The notes below the pieces were generated by a model, which searched no databases, was not told the DNA's origin, and worked only from the letters and a program-made list of their open reading frames with translations. A DNA stretch of 31,224 nt from a virus (lineage: Duplodnaviria; Heunggongvirae; Uroviricota; Caudoviricetes; Ackermannviridae): positions 1 through 31,224 of IMG/VR virus record IMGVR_UViG_2974516482_000001; one strand, given 5' to 3'. Positions within the stretch are counted from its first letter, which is position 1; every line of letters begins with the position of its first letter. The position numbers and the translations under genes were made by a program. Positions 1-6,588 of this stretch are shown in pieces.

Positions 1-650
1 CATCAAAGTTGTGTCCAAACGTTACAACTCGCATTCAATGTCTTCGTCACGCCGAATACTTGTCCTCTACGCTCGGACCAAACGAGGCTGGCCGACAGAA
101 ACATAACACCACTCATCACTAGAGCGAGGATGTGGTTGATAGCCACGATGTTACATCTCTGTCGAAGAGTGATCACACTTGTCAGATGATCACTGTTTTG
201 CGAACTCGAGAATACTGCGCCTGTCTCGGGTTTCCCCTTAGTTCGGCCTCTCATTGTTCATCCGGTCAGGGAGCTACCCTTGATGACCAGCTTATATTGA
301 GATCTTCGCCAGCGCCCACCAGTGTCTAGAATGTGTAGGCGTCGAGGTCTGCAAGGCATTGCCCTATTTCATACAACGCTCTCTCAAGTACGCAAATCGA
401 AGTTCTCTGGGCTTAACAGGTTCGACCCAACATGTTGTATATCGCCTAACTTACTCATGGGACGGCCACTTCTGTGTACAGACCTTGAGGGTTAAAAGAT
501 ATACCCAAAGAACTTCGATTTGCGTTGTGGGGGCAAACCCCCACACGGCTACTTCTTTGACAGGGATTGCTAGCCCTGGGGATTCCACTGTTTAAGGCTT
601 TATCCCATAACGCCTGAGGCGCGTTTTAACTTATTGAAGCTTGCATAACT
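1..650 (-). ncRNA. Putative large structured ncRNA of unknown class (continues beyond the window start)
   Basis: No credible ORF. 22-bp stem 390-411/504-525 and 18-bp stem 93-110/147-164; their 5 non-Watson-Crick positions are G.U only on the minus strand. Further helices at 168-175/187-194, 264-288, 526-545 and 561-578. Pseudoknot-type pairings 371-377/434-440 and 383-388/484-489. Boundaries are approximate. Confidence 0.6.
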
Positions 651-656
651 GCAAAC

Positions 657-1020
657 TGATGCGCTGTGAGACACATCTGGGAGGGCACTCTGTGGATTCA
701 TTTTACAGCATCCCGTATAGCGGATACCGACCTCGATCAAGTGCCCTCTCAGATGTCGGCGGGAGCTTATTAATCACACCCTCCCGCCTATTTTTAGTGC
801 GCCGAATTTTGTTATGAGGAATCGGAAGACCTCACTGACTTATAGGCTATTACGCCGCCATCAGAACTTCGGAATCATTAGCAGTTATTTGCTTGGTCAG
901 TTTCTAAAAACCCGCAAAGTCGCATCCAACGAGAACGAAAACCTGTTTGAGTCCTAAACCTACCTGTCTTGGTCTCACATCGCTATGAGTGGCCAGGACT
1001 CAAACAGCTTGCCGTTCAGT
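657..1020 (-). ncRNA. tmRNA-like RNA (mRNA-like domain with tag frame; tRNA-like domain non-canonical)
   Basis: Minus strand 882->850 reads GCT AAT GAT TCC GAA GTT CTG ATG GCG GCG TAA (then TAG) = ANDSEVLMAA**. It is preceded by AAAUAACU and has no start codon or SD. Helix over the stop (GGC-GUAAUA-GCC), pseudoknot-like element at ~802-834, promoter at 1027-1052, length ~364 nt. Confidence 0.65.
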
Positions 1021-1026
1021 GAGTTA

Positions 1027-1052
1027 ACTATACTTTGTAACCCGTTATTGAT
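1027..1052 (-). promoter_or_regulatory. Putative early-type promoter ATCAAT-N14-TATAGT driving the tmRNA-like RNA (TSS ~1020)
   Basis: Same spacing as the TTCAAT-N14-TATAAT motif at 2403-2428; AT-rich upstream tract. Confidence 0.6.
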
Positions 1053-1070
1053 AAAACCTTTTATTTTTGT

Positions 1071-1137
1071 TGACGAGGGTGTGGAATCGAACCACACTTC
1101 TGAGCGCTACCCCGTGTCACCAATGCACCACCTCGCC
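1071..1137 (-). ncRNA. tRNA-like element with truncated anticodon arm (not a decoding tRNA)
   Basis: Minus strand GGCGAGG-TG-GTGCATTGGTGACAC-G-GGGTAGCGCTC-AGAA-GTGTGG-TTCGATT-CCACAC-CCTCGTC-A: 7-bp acceptor stem, D-loop GG, canonical TTCGATT T-loop, 11-nt anticodon arm instead of 17, no encoded CCA. Confidence 0.75.
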
Positions 1138-1539
1138 ATCGATTTGCCGGAACTTACGCATCCGGCCTCGTCCTGTCGGTGTTCTTCTGAATCCGGGAAG
1201 ATCAGCAGGAACTATGAATCAAGTTAATTCAACCAACAGGAATCCTCGTGTTGCCCTTTGACGCAACATTATGAACCCTCTATGAAGACTCATAATGTTG
1301 TCGGCGTGATGGAGATTAGCGCCCCCGACCTCCCCTTATATGTTGGTGTCGACTTGCCAACGGGGTGCTCTCTGATTCTGAGATAATCACGCTACAACAG
1401 GGAGTTTCGTTCTCCGACGGTCAAGTGCGTCCACTGACACCAGCGAGGTGGATATTGACTTATGGAGCCGGAGTCCTCGTCCTAGGACTGTGCTTGGCCT
1501 CAGCCTTTACACCGCTGGTCGCCCGACTCTTTACACCAT
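1138..1539 (-). ncRNA. ~400-nt structured RNA with RNase P RNA-like layout (degenerate core)
   Basis: GAGGACUCCGGCUCCAUAAG (1459-1478) resembles GAGGAAAGUCCGGGCUCCAUAGG. CACCGACAGGAC..GCCGG (1161-1181) resembles CACGACAGAACCCGG. P4-like UCCGGC/GCCGGA, P3-like hairpin 1501-1517, CAGAGAGCACCCCG (1361-1374), 11-bp stem 1264-1274/1290-1300. Comparison is from memory of E. coli M1 RNA. Confidence 0.4.
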
Positions 1540-1546
1540 AAAATTT

Positions 1547-1575
1547 ACTATACTACAGCCCAGCTAATTTGAAAA
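1547..1575 (-). promoter_or_regulatory. Putative promoter TTTTCA-N17-TATAGT (TSS ~1539)
   Basis: Sigma70-like spacing; same TATAGT -10 hexamer as the 1027-1052 promoter. Confidence 0.55.
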
Positions 1576-1592
1576 GTCCTCTCCCCTTTGAG

Positions 1593-1739
1593 CTACACTG
1601 CCCACAGCAGTGCGGACGAACCTTCACTCAAAACCGGATGCGCCGAAGTGGGCAACTGTTTACCGGACTGATCGGGTAGACCCAGGAGAGAGCAGGTAAT
1701 CCCGATCAGGAGGATGAGGAGTAACATCATGTAAAACAT
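1593..1739 (-). CDS. 48-aa small hydrophobic protein (MFYMMLLLILLIGITCSLLGLPDQSGKQLPTSAHPVLSEGSSALLWAV)
   Basis: Below the ORF-track cutoff and translated by hand. Strong SD GGGAGGG 6 nt before ATG; N-terminal ~20-aa hydrophobic helix; TAG at 1593-1595. Confidence 0.55.
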   Translation of the reverse strand: MFYMMLLLILLIGITCSLLGLPDQSGKQLPTSAHPVLSEGSSALLWAV

Positions 1740-1796
1740 AGTGTTCCCTCCCTTCCATGCAACTAACTTTACTACAATTATTTATTGAATAAAGCG

Positions 1797-2366
1797 TTAT
1801 TTTAACACTTCTAACTTCACAACACGACGCAGAAGGTAAACATATTCGCCAGCAGCTTCATGCGTCATATAATGGGTAGAAGGTGTGGAATGATTGTTCT
1901 GGGTTTCTTTTAACCCAACGCGTTCAGCCCAACCATTAATAGAGTTCCCATAGAAACCGATAATCGCGCCGAAATAAATGCGCTGGCTCTCTGGTTCTAA
2001 AATATAGTTGACAGTGAAACAGATGTCAGAACGAATAGACTCCAGTTTCATACCAACACGACCTTCGGAGAATTCGTTACGAACATATAAATGACGGAAA
2101 CGATCGCGCCGCGCTTGTGATGATTCTTCCAATTCTTGTCGGAGTGAAGAAGTTACGTCAATATTAAATGAAAATGTTGGATTTTGTAAATCGGAACGGG
2201 CCAACTCTAACGCAGATTCAACAACGCGACGGAAATTGATACTTTTACCTGTCAGGCGTTTCACTTCATCTGTGATTGTTCCAAAAGGGATTTTCGTGGC
2301 GCGTTCCCCTTCGTATTTTGCCAATAAAGGAATAATGTGTTTCATGATTGCTGTGTTAATGTGCAT
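1797..2366 (-). CDS. Hypothetical protein, 189 aa
   Basis: Long ORF with SD GAGG and its own upstream promoter; no family recognised. Confidence 0.85.
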   Translation of the reverse strand: MHINTAIMKHIIPLLAKYEGERATKIPFGTITDEVKRLTGKSINFRRVVESALELARSDLQNPTFSFNIDVTSSLRQELEESSQARRDRFRHLYVRNEFSEGRVGMKLESIRSDICFTVNYILEPESQRIYFGAIIGFYGNSINGWAERVGLKETQNNHSTPSTHYMTHEAAGEYVYLLRRVVKLEVLK

Positions 2367-2402
2367 TCCGGAGCCTCACCGAATTGATTAAATGTCTCCA
2401 TT

Positions 2403-2428
2403 ATTATATTGGAGATACGTTTATTGAA
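2403..2428 (-). promoter_or_regulatory. Promoter TTCAAT-N14-TATAAT
   Basis: Exact motif on the minus strand; matches the motif I recall being described for Vi01-like phages. Confidence 0.75.
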
Positions 2429-2682
2429 TATAAACGCAGGAATGGCCAATAAAATAATGACAGTGATTATTAATAGGTAAAAACTACTTTTCTACAACAT
2501 CAAGAAACTGTATCTTAACGCGGTGCCCTTCGAGTTGTGAGTGTTAACGAACAACGAGAAGCAGCCTCCATGGCTGCGGAATGGGACTGCCTGTCAAGGC
2601 GGTGTTACGAGCGAGGGCGTCAGCCCCCTCGCGAGTATATTCGAATAAATTAAACGCGCGCGAGCGTTTTGATTCCCGTTGG

Positions 2683-2689
2683 CTAAATA
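2683..2689 (+). promoter_or_regulatory. Late promoter CTAAATA (gp6)
   Basis: The motif recurs upstream of seven structural genes; variant of the T4 TATAAATA late promoter. Confidence 0.7.
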
Positions 2690-2729
2690 TCTTCAACACC
2701 ATATTCAAACTCAGGTGATGGAGATTATC

Positions 2730-4511
2730 ATGGCCACGCAAACAGTTCCTTCACTCGACGTCAGAGCATTTGAATACATTATTAAACAGCGAATGAAAGC
2801 TGATCCCACCTTTAAAGATTATGACTTTGAAGGTTCTGGTCTTAGTGCGATTATTCGTTTGTTGGCATCTGACGCGAACGCCATAGCCTTTATGCAAAAC
2901 ATGCTTAATGGTGAAGGCCATTTGAAGACAGCAAATCAACGTTCAAACGTCGGTTTATCTGCTGCATTTCTTTCCTACACGCCTGACAACTATCGGGCAG
3001 CATACATGTATGTCAACATCAAAGTTACGCCTTATGACGCCAGCACAGCCCCCAATGAGATCATCATGGATCGGCGCGTAATGTTCGTTGGGGCAAAAGA
3101 CGGCAGTTCCTACAACTTTACTGTTGAGAAACCAGTGTCGGCAACGTTGACTGCAGACGGTTATTACATGTTCAACAATGTAAAGTTGGTACAGGGGAAT
3201 TGGTTGTACAAGACATATGATGTTGAAGGAAGCGCGATTTCAACATATACGATTCCTTCTGGGAATGTCGATATCAATCATATGGTCGTGCAAGTACAAG
3301 AATCAGAGTCTTCCGACGTTTCGACGACATATCAACGTTACAACAGTCCATTTGATCTGAGCCAATATGCCTACCTGTATTTCGTAGAATTGGGTATTGA
3401 TGGTCTGTATGTGTTTGAATTCGGAGATGGTTATCTTTCGCGTCGAGTAGAAGATGGGAACGTCATATTCCTTCAATACTTAGAAACTTCTGGTGCTGAT
3501 GGGAATGATATCACAAGCCTGTCATCAGCGTCATCCATAGGCGGGTTTAACCAGGTCGATGTAGAATTGGTTTCCGAACGTAGCGCAGGTGGAGACGATC
3601 CGGAATCTATTGAGGACACTAAACGGCTGGCTCCTTTAGCTTATCAGGCTGATGGTGCTGCGGTTACAGAAACAGATTATGGTGTATTGACTGAAAGGTT
3701 ATTCTCCAACGTCTCCCGAGCTAAATCATATGGTGGTGACACGCTGTCTCCTCCTGATTCTGGCTATGTTTACATCGCTGTTATACCTTCTGTTGGTGAG
3801 ACACTTTCGGACGCTGAGAAGGCCGATATCGTTGCTGCTCTGGACAAGTATAATGTGGGATCTATCACCCCCAAAGTGGTAGATTCCGAGATCACATATA
3901 TCCAAGTCTCAACGACTATATTTTGGGATCCTACTTCTACAGTCTACGTTGAAGAACAGATGAAAGTTGTTGTTGGAAACAGTATCGTTAAATGGGGTGA
4001 AAATAATCTCGGCGGATTTGACCAATTGTTTGACAAAGAAATATTGCAGGAAGCAATTACAAAAATGGAGCGTTCTATTAACTCGAATATTACTTCGGTT
4101 GGTTATAAACGCCATTTCAAACCCGATTATGGAGTCTTAGACAGTTTTACATTCAGTTATGGAAGAAGTATCAAACCTGGTTCTGTGAAAATAACGGGGT
4201 TCAAACCGCTTCCTGCCGAGGTGGATTTCACTTACTACATGCGCGACAATAATGGCGATTTGAACATGTATAAAGTGAATAACAATGACACGACAAAAGA
4301 GTTTTTAGTTCAAAAAACAGGGGTTGTAGATTATGCAAATGGGGTTGTAGACCTTCAGCAGATCACGGTCTCTAACTATAACCCTGAAGGGGTGACCATA
4401 GTCGTGTTACCGGATGGACTGAACCAGAACATACAGGCTACACAAAACCAAGTATTCAAGATTGGTGATGTGGTTGTTAAGCCAGAGGTGCGCTATGTCC
4501 AAAGATCTTAA
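2730..4511 (+). CDS. gp6: Baseplate wedge subunit, T4 gp6-like (593 aa)
   Basis: DYDFEGSGLS and GGDDPESIED..LAP..YQ motifs of gp6/Baseplate_J. Start moved to ATG 2730 (SD GGAG, downstream of the late promoter). Confidence 0.92.
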   Translation: MATQTVPSLDVRAFEYIIKQRMKADPTFKDYDFEGSGLSAIIRLLASDANAIAFMQNMLNGEGHLKTANQRSNVGLSAAFLSYTPDNYRAAYMYVNIKVTPYDASTAPNEIIMDRRVMFVGAKDGSSYNFTVEKPVSATLTADGYYMFNNVKLVQGNWLYKTYDVEGSAISTYTIPSGNVDINHMVVQVQESESSDVSTTYQRYNSPFDLSQYAYLYFVELGIDGLYVFEFGDGYLSRRVEDGNVIFLQYLETSGADGNDITSLSSASSIGGFNQVDVELVSERSAGGDDPESIEDTKRLAPLAYQADGAAVTETDYGVLTERLFSNVSRAKSYGGDTLSPPDSGYVYIAVIPSVGETLSDAEKADIVAALDKYNVGSITPKVVDSEITYIQVSTTIFWDPTSTVYVEEQMKVVVGNSIVKWGENNLGGFDQLFDKEILQEAITKMERSINSNITSVGYKRHFKPDYGVLDSFTFSYGRSIKPGSVKITGFKPLPAEVDFTYYMRDNNGDLNMYKVNNNDTTKEFLVQKTGVVDYANGVVDLQQITVSNYNPEGVTIVVLPDGLNQNIQATQNQVFKIGDVVVKPEVRYVQRS

Positions 4512-5349
4512 TAATGGACACAACGGGGTTAAGTATGAAACTCCGTTGTTCTACCAGAATGATTTCCCTCTGTTCATAGAATTTATGGACACGTTCTTCA
4601 ATTGGCTGTATAGACAGCAGGGGTTCACTCAAGAAGAGATCTTGGCATATCTGGCAGATACGTCTAGTTGGATGAATCCCGAGAGTGAAGATTCTCCAGT
4701 TAAACAGCTGATTGATTTAAAGGCTGACAAGACCCCAGGCTCAGAGGCCAAGGATTATTTGTCTGATAAATTCTTGGTTCGTACCTTTGAGAACATGATG
4801 GCTCTGGACGCCGAAGAACTTTTAGATGCTGACGGAAGGCCGCTACTGTCAATAGAAGATAAGAACAAACAGATAGATGACTGGTATAATGATTTTGGTT
4901 TCCAACGAACTGTTGATAAATCATTTCAGGAATTTGGTCATTTTATCCCAGTTGGTTCGGATTCTTTATTGACGGCCACGGGCGATACGTTCTCTGTTTA
5001 TATCGAAGGAACTAAACGAAGAACTCTGGATCATCCGCGTTGGTTGAAACTGTTAAAACATATCTATAAAATCCGCGGAACCAAGAAAGCAATTGAATTG
5101 TTCTTTTGGATGTATTTCGGTTGTCCAGTCAGCGTCTATTTTACGAAAGAAGACATAGGCGGTCTGGACGGAAATTTTGAATGTGACGGCACGACAGGGA
5201 TGCGTGATGATTACTATTATGATGAATACACTTATGTTATAGGAGTCCCAGGCGACGTATCTGATTTTGAAGGTGTGTTTGAGCGCGTCTTCCGTCAGCA
5301 TTTCCATCCTGCTGGATTTACTGTATTCCTAGAAAGCACAAGGAGCTAA
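4495..5349 (+). CDS. Baseplate wedge subunit, gp7-like (284 aa)
   Basis: Follows gp6; HIYKIRGTKKAIELFF and HFHPAGF motifs typical of gp7/P2-I-like wedge proteins; SD GAGG before ATG 4495. Confidence 0.7.
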   Translation: MSKDLNNGHNGVKYETPLFYQNDFPLFIEFMDTFFNWLYRQQGFTQEEILAYLADTSSWMNPESEDSPVKQLIDLKADKTPGSEAKDYLSDKFLVRTFENMMALDAEELLDADGRPLLSIEDKNKQIDDWYNDFGFQRTVDKSFQEFGHFIPVGSDSLLTATGDTFSVYIEGTKRRTLDHPRWLKLLKHIYKIRGTKKAIELFFWMYFGCPVSVYFTKEDIGGLDGNFECDGTTGMRDDYYYDEYTYVIGVPGDVSDFEGVFERVFRQHFHPAGFTVFLESTRS

Positions 5350-5351
5350 AA

Positions 5352-6542
5352 ATGGCCGATTTCCTGAGTCAATATACAGGTCAGCAGATAGATCAGATAT
5401 TGGGTTCTGTTGATGACAAAGTAAGTAAAAATGACGTTATTAACGATTTTGAAGTTAACGACCCATTGTTTCCGCCATCTGCTCGCCTGACATACGAGTT
5501 GAAAAGATCTGTTGACACAATCAATGATACTTTGGCCAACAAAGTTATTCGGACAGATAGTGGTGAACAAACAATCAATGGCAAAAAGACTTTCAATGCG
5601 TTGTTGGTGACCAATGGGGGCATACAAGTTCCCGCCGGAAAATCCGTTTCAATCACAGATGAACCAACGAACTCGACAGATGGTGTTAACCTGAGTATGT
5701 TGAGAAAGCATGGCGTCAGTGAAGACACTACCCCGCCTGGTTCTGGTTTGGCTGGGGAGTTGTTGACATCCGGATATTACAAATTCAATTTGGATTTCAC
5801 CAGATTGTCTGCGTATACCGGACCAACGTTGCCGACTTCAGTTCCAGTACAAACAGATTCTGGAGCGCATTATTGGACAATGACTGCATTTTTTGATGCG
5901 TTGTTTGCAGATAACCGATTTAATGGGTATGTGACAACGACAGCGTATGACGCAGATATGCTGAGTCTAGAGTCCCAGATTAATAACATCAACACGTCGT
6001 TGAACGGGAAAGTCAACACATCGACTTACAACACTAAGATGGCGTCGTTGGATTTGAGTATCTCCAATATCAATACGTCTCTGGGTAATAAAGTCGAGGT
6101 CAGCACATATAATACGAAGATGACTTCCTTGGACGGCAGTATCAGTTCTCTCACGACTGGTAAGGTCGATGTATCAACGTATAATGCCAAAATGACCACA
6201 ATTGATAACAGTTTAGGGAACGCAGTTTATCGCACAAAAACAAACTTGTCGTCATATACGGTTTCGGCTTCTGGAACGACGGCTCTTCCAGATTTTGATT
6301 TGGTGAACCTTTGTCAAATACTGGTAACTGCGCAATGGGGGACGGGTAACGTTGTTGACACATATCGAGTAACCATAACTCGTGACGGAACGATCAAAAC
6401 AGAGTTGTTGGTTCAGAAAAGTACGAGCGGTACAGTGACGTTCACAGGGGCTGTGGTGGGTGGTAAATTGAGAATTTCCGTTGTTAATGCAAATACGACA
6501 ACTGCTTGTTCTGTCGACTATTCTATTGCAGCTTCTTTCTAA
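5352..6542 (+). CDS. Putative fibre/baseplate-associated structural protein (396 aa)
   Basis: QTINGKKTF fibre motif, neck-like PTNSTDGVNLSML, three K-V-x-x-STYNxKM coiled-coil repeats. Confidence 0.7.
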   Translation: MADFLSQYTGQQIDQILGSVDDKVSKNDVINDFEVNDPLFPPSARLTYELKRSVDTINDTLANKVIRTDSGEQTINGKKTFNALLVTNGGIQVPAGKSVSITDEPTNSTDGVNLSMLRKHGVSEDTTPPGSGLAGELLTSGYYKFNLDFTRLSAYTGPTLPTSVPVQTDSGAHYWTMTAFFDALFADNRFNGYVTTTAYDADMLSLESQINNINTSLNGKVNTSTYNTKMASLDLSISNINTSLGNKVEVSTYNTKMTSLDGSISSLTTGKVDVSTYNAKMTTIDNSLGNAVYRTKTNLSSYTVSASGTTALPDFDLVNLCQILVTAQWGTGNVVDTYRVTITRDGTIKTELLVQKSTSGTVTFTGAVVGGKLRISVVNANTTTACSVDYSIAASF

Positions 6543-6544
6543 AA

Positions 6545-6555
6545 CTAAATACCCC
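6545..6555 (+). promoter_or_regulatory. Late promoter CTAAATACCCC overlapping an RBS-occluding hairpin (6548-6584)
   Basis: Motif plus 14-bp inverted repeat 6548-6561/6571-6584. Confidence 0.75.
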
Positions 6556-6588
6556 TAGATGACATGAATACATTTAGGGGTATTACAA

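Noticed and set aside
417-428. CAGGTTCGACCC T-loop-like motif on the plus strand
   Set aside because: Only a 2-bp stem and no acceptor or D arm; not a tRNA.
365-602. Two 10-nt matches to E. coli 6S RNA as recalled (TATTTCATAC on plus ~365-374; AAGCCTTAAA on minus ~591-600)
   Set aside because: They are on opposite strands, 10-mers of this kind are expected by chance in ~2 kb, and no 6S-like rod with a central bubble could be built.
758-796. Hairpin GGCGGGAG/CTCCCGCC + TATTTTT as a plus-strand terminator
   Set aside because: 14-nt loop and no plus-strand gene upstream; more simply an internal helix of the minus-strand tmRNA-like RNA. A dual role is not excluded.
3-1261. Short ORFs in the track (3-254, 132-329, 359-595, 985-1227, 1067-1261)
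   Set aside because: No convincing SD, atypical composition, mutually overlapping, and coincident with extensive RNA helices and a tRNA-like fold.
1-1540. Group I intron or canonical tRNA genes
   Set aside because: No P7 R/S elements or flanking exons recognised; no cloverleaf with a 7-nt anticodon loop found.
1765-1793. Possible promoter (TTCAAT-N12-TAAAGT) for the 48-aa ORF
   Set aside because: Spacing differs from the other promoters; too weak to list.
2544-2741. 65-aa minus-strand ORF
   Set aside because: Overlaps the gp6 start and the hairpin array; no SD; likely spurious.
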